Source of the DNA: an uncultured candidate division Zixibacteria bacterium
GTDB lineage: Bacteria > Zixibacteria > MSB-5A5 > GN15 > FEB-12
Reading direction: 5' to 3'
Length of the DNA stretch: 64,000 bases
Assembly (NCBI GenBank): GCA_963707365.1
Contig: CAVPPI010000004.1
Location: 981,469 to 1,045,468 of the forward strand
The number at the start of each line of letters is the position of its first letter. Positions within the stretch are counted from its first letter, which is position 1. Shown here one piece after another: positions 31,445-42,155 of this stretch. The notes beneath the pieces were generated by a model that ran no database searches, had not been told where the DNA came from, and was given only the letters and a program-made list of their open reading frames with translations. A program made the position numbers and the translations under genes.

Positions 31445-31706
31445 TGTAGGCTCACGCCGCGGCGTGAGCCTACAAAGGAATCGTTGGAGCCAGGCCCAAA
31501 GCGGGTTTAAGCCTGCTACCATATAGGTCATAACGGTAGGCGTTTGATTTATCAAACGCGTCACGTTATGCAAGACACCGGCAATTGCATCGTACGGGTA
31601 GACTCGTTCCGTCAGGTCTTGCGACCTTCTGAGGGCGTGTGACCTGACGGTTCTGATTGATTGCTGTCAGGTCACATCCCACCACAGGTGGGACAGGACC
31701 TGACAG
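31445..31706. repeat. REP/BIME-like palindrome cluster D, inside the imuB-dnaE2 intergenic space
   Basis: A 45-nt stretch (31445-31489) is identical to 28598-28642 and includes the perfect 28-nt palindrome at 31446-31473. Also present are gtaggcgtttgatttatcaaacgc (31536-31559), the hairpin ccgtcaggtc...gacctgacgg (31609-31650) and ctgtcaggtc...gacctgacag (31664-31706). Confidence 0.7.
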
Positions 31707-31716
31707 AACAAAAAAA

Positions 31717-34700
31717 ATGAAATACACAGAACTACATTGCCACTCCAACTTTTCGTTCCTGAGTGGCGCAAGCCACCCCGAAGCACTTGTTCAGCAAGCG
31801 TATCAGTTGGGGTATGAAGCGTTGGCCCTTACCGATGCCAACGGTCTCTACGGTATAGTGCGGTTCAGTCAGGCGGCGATCGAAAAAAACATCAGGCCGA
31901 TTTTCGGCAGCGAAATTACTTTAGATAACGGCCATCACCTTCTCCTGCTGATAAAAAACTCTGCCGGCTACGCCAACCTGTGCAGCCTTATCAGCGATGC
32001 CAAACTGAGGAGTAAAAAAGACGAGACTAAGATAACTAAAGAGAGCCTTGCTTCGCACCGCGATGGTTTAATAGCCCTGTCAGGTTGTTCGCTCGGGGAG
32101 ATACCATCGGCTATTCTCAAAAAAGACCTGCCAACAGCGCAGCGAGTTGCCTCAGAATATAAAGAACTTTTCGGCAAAGATAATTTCTATCTGGAGATGC
32201 AGCACCACAACCTGCCGGACCATCACACTCTATGCGAGCAACTTTCGCGACTGGGACAAGAGCTTGACATCAAAACAGTAGCCACCAACAACGTTCACTA
32301 TGCCACGAAAAAAGCGCGGATGCTTCAGGATATTCTCACCTGTATCAGAAACCACACCACGCTCGACAAAGCCAACGGCCTTTTGTACCCGAACGCCGAA
32401 CGATATTTAAAACCCCCGGATAAAATGATTCGCAGGTTCTCGCACTATCCCGAAGCTATTGAAAACAGCGTTGCTATCGCAGAGCGATGTTTGTTCTCGC
32501 TGGATAATCTTCCAACGACACTCCCCGATTTCCCTGTCCCCGATAGCGAAACAGTGCACAGCTACCTTCGGAAACTTACCTACGAGGGAGCCAAAAACCG
32601 TTATCGCGATCTGACCTCGGAGATTGTAAAGCAGCTTGAGCATGAACTGACAATTATCGAGAAGCTCAATCTTTCCGGATATTTTCTCATTGTGTGGGAT
32701 ATTGCCCGCTTCTGTAAAACCAACGGCATTCTCTCACAGGGGCGCGGATCGGCGGCCAATTCGGCCGTGTGTTATTGTCTGGAAATAACCGCTGTCGATC
32801 CTATCAAGCTCGATTTGCTTTTCGAACGGTTCGTCTCGGAAAACCGCAAGGAACCGCCGGATATTGACATCGATATCGCCAACAACCGCCGCGAGGAAGT
32901 CATCCAGTATGTTTACAACAAGTATGGCCGCAATCATGCCGCGATGGTGTGCGAGGTAATCAGCTATCGGGGACGGTCGGCCACGCGCGATGTCGGCAAG
33001 GCGCTGGGGTTTTCGCTCGAAGAGGTGAATCTGCTGGCCAAACGTCTGGACCACTATTCCGATACCGAAGAGATGGCGGAGCGATTGAAAGAGATCAATT
33101 TCAAGGCTGATTCCCGACGGGTGGGGTTGCTGGTGGAACTTTGCAAGCAGATAAGGCGGTTCCCACGACATCTGGGAATCCATGTCGGCGGGATGATTGT
33201 CACGAAAAAGCCTCTAACGCATGTAGTGCCGGTTGAAAACGCCACTATGCCCGACCGGAGCGTTATCCAGTGGGACAAAGATGATGCCGCCGATGCCGGA
33301 CTGGTGAAAATTGACCTTCTGGGACTGGGGATGCTTTCGCTCATCGATATTGCTTTCAAGCTGATAAAGAAAAATCACGGTCTGGATATCGACCCGGCCC
33401 GCCTTTCCTACGATGACCCGGAAGTGTACCGGCTTCTCAGCAGCGCCGACACCGTGGGAGTGTTTCAGGTGGAGTCGCGGGCGCAGATGAACTGTTTGCC
33501 CCGCCACAAACCCAACTGTTTTTATGACCTGGTGATCGAGGTCGCTCTGATTCGACCGGGTCCTATCCAGGGGGATATGGTACATCCGTATTTAAGGCGA
33601 AGAAACGGCGAGGAGGAAGTAACCTACCCGCACCCTAAACTCGAACCGATTTTGAAAAAGACACTCGGCATTCCCCTGTTTCAGGAGCAAGGGATGAAAG
33701 TGGCGGTGACAGCGGCGGATTTTACTCTCAGCGAAGCGGATGAGCTCCGCCGCGCCATGGGACACAAACGTTCCAGAGAGAAGATGGATGCCCTGAGCGA
33801 AAAGCTCATTAAAGGGATGATGCGAAACGGTATCACGCTTGAAGCAGCCGAGAGAATTTATACCCAACTGGCGGCTTTTGCCGACTTTGGTTTCGCCGAG
33901 TCGCACGCGGCCTCGTTTGCGCTGCTGGTCTATGTATCGGCGTATCTTAAGCTGTACTACCCGCCGGAGTTCTATTGCTCCATCTTGAACTCCCAGCCCA
34001 TGGGCTTTTACTCACCATCGAGCATCGTCTACGAGATGCGCCGCAAGCGAGTCAAACTCGGCCATGTGGATGTTTTGCGAAGCGGCTGGGACTGCACTGT
34101 CGAGGGGGATTCGGTCCGGCTGGGTTATCGCTATATCAAAGGACTCGGCCAAAGTAGCGGAGAACGCATCGAAACTGCTAAAAACGAACGACCGTTCAAC
34201 TCGATAAAGGATTTTGTATTCAGAACAGGACTCAATCAGACGGAACTGACCCGGATTGCGCAGGCGGATGGATTTGAATGTTTCGGCGTTGCACGCCGTG
34301 AGGCTGTCTGGCAGGTGCTGTCGCTTTTGCGGCAATCACCCGATGAACTTCAGGTTGAAACCCAAGAAACCGGTCTTACTTTGCTGCCATCGATGACTAT
34401 CGGTGACACGCTGGTTTCGGATTTCAAAAGCATGGGTCTATCGCCGGGACCGCATCCGATTCAGCTCATAAGAGACAAACTGCTTAAACAGGGAGTGGTG
34501 AAATCGGAAGACCTGAAACTCTGCCCTTCCGGCCGACCAGTCAAAGTAGCCGGGTTGGTGGTTATCAGGCAACGCCCGGTCACGGCCAAAGGGTTTCTCT
34601 TTATTACGCTCGAAGATGAAACCGGCTTTTCCAATATCGTTGTTAAACCTCAGATGACCAGCCGCTACCGAAAAGAGGTCACGCATTCTAAAGCCCTGAT

Positions 34701-34815
34701 AGTCCACGGCGTGCTGGAGAAAAAAGACGGCGTTATCAACGTAATCGGATTTCAATTCACCCCGTTTTTGATAGATGAATCCGATATCGCCGTCCAAAGC
34801 CGCGATTTCAGATAG
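31717..34815 (+). CDS. dnaE2: error-prone DNA polymerase III alpha subunit DnaE2
   Basis: The ATG at 31717 opens MKYTELHCHSNFSFLSGAS (PHP domain). The rest is a ~1030-aa Pol III alpha core with no tau-binding tail. It lies downstream of imuA-imuB. Confidence 0.9.
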   Translation: MKYTELHCHSNFSFLSGASHPEALVQQAYQLGYEALALTDANGLYGIVRFSQAAIEKNIRPIFGSEITLDNGHHLLLLIKNSAGYANLCSLISDAKLRSKKDETKITKESLASHRDGLIALSGCSLGEIPSAILKKDLPTAQRVASEYKELFGKDNFYLEMQHHNLPDHHTLCEQLSRLGQELDIKTVATNNVHYATKKARMLQDILTCIRNHTTLDKANGLLYPNAERYLKPPDKMIRRFSHYPEAIENSVAIAERCLFSLDNLPTTLPDFPVPDSETVHSYLRKLTYEGAKNRYRDLTSEIVKQLEHELTIIEKLNLSGYFLIVWDIARFCKTNGILSQGRGSAANSAVCYCLEITAVDPIKLDLLFERFVSENRKEPPDIDIDIANNRREEVIQYVYNKYGRNHAAMVCEVISYRGRSATRDVGKALGFSLEEVNLLAKRLDHYSDTEEMAERLKEINFKADSRRVGLLVELCKQIRRFPRHLGIHVGGMIVTKKPLTHVVPVENATMPDRSVIQWDKDDAADAGLVKIDLLGLGMLSLIDIAFKLIKKNHGLDIDPARLSYDDPEVYRLLSSADTVGVFQVESRAQMNCLPRHKPNCFYDLVIEVALIRPGPIQGDMVHPYLRRRNGEEEVTYPHPKLEPILKKTLGIPLFQEQGMKVAVTAADFTLSEADELRRAMGHKRSREKMDALSEKLIKGMMRNGITLEAAERIYTQLAAFADFGFAESHAASFALLVYVSAYLKLYYPPEFYCSILNSQPMGFYSPSSIVYEMRRKRVKLGHVDVLRSGWDCTVEGDSVRLGYRYIKGLGQSSGERIETAKNERPFNSIKDFVFRTGLNQTELTRIAQADGFECFGVARREAVWQVLSLLRQSPDELQVETQETGLTLLPSMTIGDTLVSDFKSMGLSPGPHPIQLIRDKLLKQGVVKSEDLKLCPSGRPVKVAGLVVIRQRPVTAKGFLFITLEDETGFSNIVVKPQMTSRYRKEVTHSKALIVHGVLEKKDGVINVIGFQFTPFLIDESDIAVQSRDFR

Positions 34816-34896
34816 GACTATTTTTTATTGCCCAACTGTGAGCGATATGCCATATATTTATCGCAAAGATAACCGACAAAACAGGATTTCAACCCG

Positions 34897-35760
34897 GTGG
34901 CCAACTGGTTTTTCGTTACCGACATACACGGCTCGACCGAACGCTATCGAAAACTGCTGAAGCGCATCGCCACAGATAAACCGCAGGCGGTTCTTCTCGG
35001 CGGCGACCTGCTTCCCCACGGACTGGCCCGTAGCTCTGCGGCGGAGCAGTATCCCGATGACTTCGTAAACGATTTTCTCGTAGTGGAGTTTGCCAAACTC
35101 AAAGAGTCTATGGGTGGTGAGTATCCGAGAGTGCTGTTGATCCTTGGCAACGATGATCCCCGCTCTGAAGAAACTGCCTTTATTGAGGCTGAAGAGAGCG
35201 GCATCTGGGAGTATGCCAACGAACGCCTGATTAACGTAGGCGACTACAAGGTTTACGGCTATGCCTACGTCCCTCCTTCCCCGTTTCTTCTGAAAGACTG
35301 GGAGAAATACGATGTCTCCCGGTTCGTCGATCCCGGTTGCGTGTCGCCCGAGGAAGGAACCCGCACCATACCCATTGCTAATCGTGAGATTAAGTATGCG
35401 ACTATCAAAAAAGACCTTGAGGCTCTCGAAGGGATAGATGATTACGGCAGGACAATCTTCTTATTCCACACGCCACCCTACAAAACCAAACTGGACCGCG
35501 CCGCTCTCGACGGCAAGATGGTGGATCATGCGCCGGTGGATGTTTATGTTGGCAGTATAGCCGTCAGGGAGTTTATTGAGAACCGCCGGCCGCTGGTCAC
35601 TTTACACGGACACATTCACGAATCGGCCCGTCTGACGGGCGATTGGCAGGATCGGATCGAGCAGACATATATGTTTTCCGCAGCTCACGACGGACCGGAA
35701 CTGGCGATAGTGCAGTTCGACCCGACCAATCCGTCCGAAGCTGCGCGAATGCTAATCTGA
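34897..35760 (+). CDS. metallophosphoesterase (calcineurin-like), GTG start
   Basis: It carries FFVTDIHG, LLGGDLLPHG, LGNDD, and FHTPP/GHIH motifs in the canonical order. Confidence 0.7.
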   Translation: MANWFFVTDIHGSTERYRKLLKRIATDKPQAVLLGGDLLPHGLARSSAAEQYPDDFVNDFLVVEFAKLKESMGGEYPRVLLILGNDDPRSEETAFIEAEESGIWEYANERLINVGDYKVYGYAYVPPSPFLLKDWEKYDVSRFVDPGCVSPEEGTRTIPIANREIKYATIKKDLEALEGIDDYGRTIFLFHTPPYKTKLDRAALDGKMVDHAPVDVYVGSIAVREFIENRRPLVTLHGHIHESARLTGDWQDRIEQTYMFSAAHDGPELAIVQFDPTNPSEAARMLI

Positions 35761-38700
35761 CGATCCCTTTTTCTTCTTCTGAAGCGGCAACTGTCGCGCC
35801 GGGTCGGTAACCGCCCCTATTTTGACGGCGTAACTTGTCTTCTGCTCGATATCCTTGTCGGTTATGATGTGAACATCAAGCAGCCCGCCCGACTTATAGC
35901 CCGTTTTCAGATAGTTGATTTCACCGAGCGCCAGACTCCACCCATCGAACCACTGTTCGAGCATTTCCCGCTGTTTGGGGGTACCATCAAAGTGCACCAG
36001 CAGGTCAATATCGCTGGCGGCTCCGGCCGATGCGTTTTTGGTACTTCCAAATACATAGAGAGCCTTAACACCGAAGCGCTCCGGGTCGAGCGTGGTAGCA
36101 ATATGCTCGGCCATCTGAAATCTCCAGCGCCAGCTGCTATCCGAGGCATGTTCGGCAAACATCTGTGCCGCCGTTCCCTTGGTGGTCTCATCGGACGGCG
36201 AAGATAATATCCCCACAGCTTCATCGAGATCGGCGTTCATCAGCACTCGCAGGACCTTACCGTTCGTCACCGCTGATACGTCTATGAGCTTAATTGTGTC
36301 CTCGAGCGAAGCAAACTCCGGAGCAATTTCGCTCAGAATGTTCGCCGAACGTGTCAGGAACTTTTCATTGAACATCACTCCTTTGTCGTCCGGAAATAGC
36401 GGGAGATACCTGATGCGAGCCTCAACCAGATCCTGGAAAAAGTGAGTGCCAAATGACAGGTCGGGGGTATAGTTGCCTTTCTTGCGGGCCACCTCGGCCA
36501 GCACGGCGGTGTTGTTGATATCAGAGTAGGTGACCTTGACGCCAAGCCTGATGTCGCCGCGACTCCCCCACCGACCGGGACCAATCAAAATAAACCTTCG
36601 CTTGGGTAGCAGTTTGTTTAGCTTGCCGATTGCTCGACCGACAGCAACGAGATCATCTCTTTCGGATATCTCACCGTACTTATCGGGGTCCACATACACA
36701 ATGTGGGTGATATCCGGTACCCGTCCGTTCGATATATACTTATTGGCCGAGAACACCATCCGATCCTCCGGGATATCCTTGGGGATCGGGGCCGCAACAC
36801 TGCCATCCGATGGACTCTGGGCGCGACACTGAAGTAGATACAGGTCTTTCCCGTCATGAGCGAATTCGATATCCACCGGGTGACCAATAGTCTCTTCCAA
36901 CAACTTGAGTATATCGTGAATCTGTTTGATAAACGGCGTATCGGATATGAGGCCGTCGAAAGTGACCAGGAGGTCATCCTCATCGAAATCTATGTGAGAA
37001 CCTACCGGTTTGGAAATATGCCCCGCTTTGTGAATCGAGACCAGGCGCTTTATCATAGGCATATCGTAACCGAAGTTCTTCATCAACTCCGTTACCTCGA
37101 TTGTCTCAAAGGTATTTTTGGTCAGATTGATAACATCGATCTTCTTCGGTGTGTACCGCAGGATATCATCGACCGAAATGTTGACGCGCAATCCCGGCTG
37201 ACCGGGGGCACACATTACCGGATAGTCATCACTGAGTCGGTCGACCGCCCGCGTACCGAGACCCGGCACAAGACGCACCAGACCGTCCTCACGCTGAATA
37301 CGCGGCGACCAGCGAAATTCATTTCTACTGAAAGCAACGCCCGCGAAAGCCGGCATGAAATAGTCGCCCACGCGCGTACCGACCACTTCCTGAATCATAA
37401 TGCCCATTTCTTCACCGAAGTCGATCAATCCTCGTTCGGAGCGATATTCAATCGGGTCGGGACCGAAAGTCGAGGCATACACTTCCGCGATGCCATCGAG
37501 CAAGGCATCGAGTCGTTTCTGTTTACTGCCCTGGTTGGCCACAAAAACGCTCTTATACTTTCCTGAAAAGGCCGCGCCGATGCGGTCTTCGAGCAAGCTG
37601 GAGCTTCGCACGATAAGAGGTCTTTCCTCGAAATCATCGAGAGCAAGCGACAACCCCTTGATAAACTCCGGTGGAGAACCGGGAGTTCTTAAAGCTGTGA
37701 ATGATGTGCGGATATTCGAAACGAACCTGCTCGATATCTTTGTATTTCTGCTCCACACTTTCGTCCAGATTGTTGTAGTGCATGAAGTGAAGAAGCATGT
37801 CAGAGGTTATGTACCAGGTCTTGGGGACTTTCAGATTGCCCAACCTGGCCCCTTTTTCATTGTGTTTTTTGACAATCTGAGCCGCCAGGTACATACCTGC
37901 GCTTTTGCCACCCAGTTTGCCGTGGCTCTCGGGAGCGAAAATCATATTGTTGAGAAGTTCATAGAAATCCTTGATCCCAACATATTTCTTCGCAACATTG
38001 ATATACTGAAGCTGATCAGAGAGGAAACGGCGAATCAGTGATACGATAATACCGATTTTGCCGGGCGAAATCGACTTGGTCCTCTCTTCCTTGGTGGCTA
38101 TGTAATAATAGCGGCGGATAGCATCGGCTACATCGGAAAGCGACAGGTTACGATTGACCACCTGAACCAGAAAACTCAGTTTGTCTTCCTGAATCCATTT
38201 CTGAATTCTCTCAAATATCTCATCGCCGGACATATGGGACTCGGCAATGCGAAAAACCGCTGCTCCGAGATCCACCGGAAATGAAATCTTCATGCGGCGA
38301 TATGGAATATTGGAATCATCAACAAACTCATCCTCACCGGTCGGTTTGACCAGGCTGGAGCTTTTGAGCAACTTTTCAGCCTCGGCAACACCGCTCCAGC
38401 AGAGATAGTTGAGCATCTTGTGGGAAACACTCACGAACAAATCGTGATCGGTCTGCTGCAGTAGGCCCAGCACGACCTGCCATTCGTTCTGTTTTGACTC
38501 TGAGATTTTCTGCCGGGCCGAGTTCCACTCCTGATATACCTGTTTCATGCGGAAGTGCTGAATAAAGTGGCCTATCCGATCGGCAACAGTCTCAATAAGC
38601 CGGGTTTCTTCTTTCAGAAACGGCCCTTCGTCCGCCAACGGCAGTTCTCTCGCATAGGACAGGCTGATCGTTCCAACGATTCGACCCTGGACTTCAATAT

Positions 38701-38986
38701 CGGCGCTCAACACCCACGGCGTCTCTTTGAAGTCCGGAGATTTATAGGTAACATCCTCCAGTACTATTTTGGCCTGACACGCGTCGGGGTATTGCCAACC
38801 ATCCGGCACAGCCGCAATGATAGCTTCGCATACTTCCTGAACTCCAGCATCGGGCTGATTAAGAATCTCCTCGACACGGTACAGGCAGTTTAGTTCTTTC
38901 GCTCTTTCCTGAAGCGACTCGAGAAGTTTATCGACCGACTTTTTGTTATTTTCCATAAGTGACAACCCCTTGCCTATTTTTGCCAT
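35752..38986 (-). CDS. large PEP/pyruvate-binding (PPDK_N) domain protein with an N-terminal sensor-like module and a C-terminal nucleotidyltransferase domain; one apparent frameshift near 37680
   Basis: ORF 37634-38986 holds KELNCLYRVEE, a sensor-type module, then LGGKSAGMYL. It stops making sense after ...HSFKNSR. ORF 35752-37758 continues PPEFIKGLSLALDDFEERPLIVRSSSLLEDRIGAAFSGKY. Its tail has GSTKNASAGAASDIDLLV, a minimal NTase signature. Confidence 0.65.
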
Positions 38987-40706
38987 CCACTTTAACGACC
39001 AGCGGCGAGTTCAGTTCGACGTGTCTGACGAAATCCGTCTCTTCGACCGCCGGCTGGGCATTCAGCCAATCCCAGGCTATCTTGTACTCTCCGGCATGAT
39101 GCACGGAAAAATAGCATATCTGAAAACTGGTTATATTGTGAAAGAAGTGTGACCCCTGACTGGGGTCGACATTCATATCTTCAAGTGTCGCCTCAACGAT
39201 CACCCTGGCTCCGGCAATCTGGCTCCAGTTGACCGGGATGCCAAGCCACGGATCGGAACTACCCCACCGGCCAAAGCCGATAAGTAAATACGGCTTGCAT
39301 TCGGATACCAGCCGTCGATTGATAGACTCCACTTCCGAGGCTATGGCGCGTGTGTTCTTGGCCAGAAAGTTCTCCGGCCTGACATAGACCACATCTTTGA
39401 TAGACTCAATCTGACCGTTTCCCATGACGATATCGGATGCTATCAAAAGATTTTCACAACTGAGGTCATCTTCCGTCACAACCACGCCCCCCTCGGCTAC
39501 AACCATCGGCCGCACCTGAAGAAAACCGAAGCGCACTTCAGTACCAATCTCCACGGCGAATTCTATCTCTACTTTCTTCCCCGTCCTTTCTTCACAAACA
39601 GACAGGACTTTCAGTATCAGGTCGTTGAGAGGGATGTCGTCCAGCCTGAGCACGGGCGCGAAGTTCAGCACGCGCGGTCCTTTTGATCCGGTTCCGATGA
39701 CGATGCGGTCGTTTTGGGCAACGTAGGTAGAAGCCACGCAGTCGAGAGTACCATCGTATTCCGCATCATTCAGATTGGCCTCAATCAGGTATTCCGACTC
39801 CCTCACGGGGTCGTGTTCCGGTGGCCGCCCCATATTCACCGCCCAGAACTCGGTTTGAGTCTGTTTCAGTGTTTCCGATACAGAACCGTAGGGTGGCCCC
39901 ACCGTCGGATAAACAGGGCAATAGGTCCAACTCTTGCCGCCATCGACAATAGTCTTGCCCAGCCCCAGAGCCAGCGACACCACCCCCTGCTCAGGCTGTG
40001 CGCCTCCGAAGGGGTAATAATTGTAAGAGCGGGCCACTCCTGAGATATTGGGATAAAAGCGATCACCGTGGCGATCACCTACGACTTCCTGAATGATCAC
40101 CGCCATCTTTTCGTCCGAGGGCGACTGCCCCGTAATTTTTATATAGTCCTTCGCTTCCCTAAAAAACGTGGAAGCATAAACGAACTTAATTGCCTCGATC
40201 AACAGCTTGAAACGCGACTGAACATCCGCCTGGTTGTTGGGAATCATCTTCGTCCCGTAAACACCGGCGAACGGCCGAAAGAGGGCATCCTCCAGAAGAC
40301 TCGACGAACGAACGGCCAGGGGAGCATGAACTTTTTCAATAAGTCCTCTCAGGTCACCGCAGAATTCCGCCGGAAACTCCCCTCTCTGAAAAACGTGGGC
40401 AATGCGATCATCGGGCATATCGGAATAGGCGGTCTCGTAAAGATCGTTTCGCTCCATAAACAGGTCGAAAACATCGGTACCGATCACTGTCAGAGTGGGA
40501 ATATTGACTGCTATATTGTTGAATTGTCCGGTATCAATTTGCTTGACGAGGGCATCTTTGATAAAGGCGAGTCCACTGGCCTTGCCGCCAATGCCACCGG
40601 ATCCGATGCGGGTGAATTTCTCTTCAGACCCGAACAGGTCGCGGTCGAAACGGGGAATTTCACCACTGATTCCGACCCTGTCATCATTGTCAGATGATTG
40701 GCTCAC
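38946..40706 (-). CDS. PEP/pyruvate-binding (PPDK_N) domain protein
   Basis: It has GGKASGLAFI and LAVRSSSLLEDALFRPFAGVYGT, typical of the ATP-grasp N-domain of PEP synthase / PPDK. No phosphohistidine swivel or PEP-utilizer C-domain is evident. Confidence 0.7.
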   Translation of the reverse strand: MSQSSDNDDRVGISGEIPRFDRDLFGSEEKFTRIGSGGIGGKASGLAFIKDALVKQIDTGQFNNIAVNIPTLTVIGTDVFDLFMERNDLYETAYSDMPDDRIAHVFQRGEFPAEFCGDLRGLIEKVHAPLAVRSSSLLEDALFRPFAGVYGTKMIPNNQADVQSRFKLLIEAIKFVYASTFFREAKDYIKITGQSPSDEKMAVIIQEVVGDRHGDRFYPNISGVARSYNYYPFGGAQPEQGVVSLALGLGKTIVDGGKSWTYCPVYPTVGPPYGSVSETLKQTQTEFWAVNMGRPPEHDPVRESEYLIEANLNDAEYDGTLDCVASTYVAQNDRIVIGTGSKGPRVLNFAPVLRLDDIPLNDLILKVLSVCEERTGKKVEIEFAVEIGTEVRFGFLQVRPMVVAEGGVVVTEDDLSCENLLIASDIVMGNGQIESIKDVVYVRPENFLAKNTRAIASEVESINRRLVSECKPYLLIGFGRWGSSDPWLGIPVNWSQIAGARVIVEATLEDMNVDPSQGSHFFHNITSFQICYFSVHHAGEYKIAWDWLNAQPAVEETDFVRHVELNSPLVVKVDGKNRQGVVTYGK

Positions 40707-40795
40707 AACAGATCCTCAAACCAAAATGCCTTCTAACTAAAGGTAACATTTTTAACACCATTGCGAAACCTTAAACCGTGCCCAAAAATGAAACC

Positions 40796-40821
40796 GTCCG
40801 GGTCGAGGATTCGGCCCGGAC
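40796..40821 (-). terminator. possible intrinsic terminator after gdhA
   Basis: A 7-bp stem gtccggg/cccggac is followed on the minus strand by ggTTTcaTTTTTggg. The loop is long, so the call is weak. Confidence 0.35.
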
Positions 40822-40868
40822 AGTCTTTCATGCGGTTCTACGAAGATGGGGGGTGAACTTGGTGACTA

Positions 40869-42155
40869 TCAGACCCAACCCCTGTCTTTACAGGCCTGAG
40901 CCACGCGACTGACGGCGATAACGTATGCCGCATCGCGCATGTAAATCTTTCGTTTTCTCGCCAGTTCGCTCACCGCAATAAACGCCGAGGTCATTTTGAG
41001 ATCCAGCTTGCCCAGAACCTCTTCCTTTTCCCAGAAGTAGTTCATGTTGCTCTGAACCTGTTCAAAATAACTGCAGGTCACTCCGCCCGCGTTAGCCAGG
41101 AAATCGGGAATCAGGAAGATGCCGCGTTCATGGATAACCTTGTCGGCCTCGGGGGTTGTCGGACCGTTGGCGCCCTCAGCTATCACTTTCACTTTCTTGC
41201 TGATCTTCTCGACATTATCACCGGTAATCTGGTTTTCAATCGCCGATGGCATCAGAACATCCACGTCCTGCTCCAACCAGGCCTCGGCCGGAAGTACTTC
41301 ATAGCCGAGGTCTTTCGCCTTGGCCTTATCAATACCGCCAAAGCGATCGGTGATTTTCAACAGGGCGTCAATGTCCACGCCGGCCATGTTCCTGAACGAA
41401 TATGAAATTTCATCAGCTTGATCCCAGCACGATACGCAAATGACCTTGCCGCCAATCTGGTTGTAAAGTCTGATAGCGTACTGTGCCACGTTGCCGAATC
41501 CCTGAACCGATGCGGTAGTGTCCTGCGGACGGATATTCAATTCCTTGAGCGCTTCGCGCAGAGTATAGACGACACCAAAACCGGTCGCCTCGGTACGACC
41601 AAGAGAGCCGCCCATACCCACCGGCTTGCCGGTGATGAATCCGGGATACTTGCCACCGTGGATATGCTCGAATTCGTCCAGCATCCACAACATGTGCTGC
41701 CCCGAGGTCATTACATCGGGCGCCGGAACATCGGCCACCGGGCCAACGTTCTTGGCAAGCTGACGCACCCATCCGCGGCAAATCTGTTCCTGTTCGCGCA
41801 TGCTCAGATTGTGCGGATCACAGATAACGCCACCCTTGCCGCCACCGAGAGGAATGTCAACCACAGCGCACTTCCACGTCATCCACATGGAAAGCGCTCT
41901 GACGGTGTCAACGGTCTCCTGCGGGTGGAAACGAATTCCGCCCTTGCTCGGACCCCTGGCATCGTTATGCTGAACCCTGAAACCACGAAATACCTTGAAA
42001 GTACCGTCATCCATATGCACCGGAATGCTGAATTGATACTCTCTAAGAGGATTACGCAACAGCTCGCGTGTAGCTGAATCCAGCTCAAGGAAGTCCGCGA
42101 CTTTGTCGAACTGCGCCTGAGCCATGGCGAACGCGTTGAACGCCTTGCTAGTCAT
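40869..42155 (-). CDS. gdhA: glutamate dehydrogenase
   Basis: The 428-aa ORF has the GGIRFHP, PLGGGKGG, GFGNVAQ and ANAGGV motifs of Glu/Leu/Phe/Val dehydrogenases. Its length and N-terminus fit GDH. Confidence 0.9.
   Translation of the reverse strand: MTSKAFNAFAMAQAQFDKVADFLELDSATRELLRNPLREYQFSIPVHMDDGTFKVFRGFRVQHNDARGPSKGGIRFHPQETVDTVRALSMWMTWKCAVVDIPLGGGKGGVICDPHNLSMREQEQICRGWVRQLAKNVGPVADVPAPDVMTSGQHMLWMLDEFEHIHGGKYPGFITGKPVGMGGSLGRTEATGFGVVYTLREALKELNIRPQDTTASVQGFGNVAQYAIRLYNQIGGKVICVSCWDQADEISYSFRNMAGVDIDALLKITDRFGGIDKAKAKDLGYEVLPAEAWLEQDVDVLMPSAIENQITGDNVEKISKKVKVIAEGANGPTTPEADKVIHERGIFLIPDFLANAGGVTCSYFEQVQSNMNYFWEKEEVLGKLDLKMTSAFIAVSELARKRKIYMRDAAYVIAVSRVAQACKDRGWV

Noticed and set aside
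26766-31706. The repeated palindromes could be a CRISPR array.
   Set aside because: The units belong to several different families and are themselves hairpins. They are irregularly spaced and scattered over four intergenic regions separated by genes. There are no unique spacers of constant length and no cas genes in the window.
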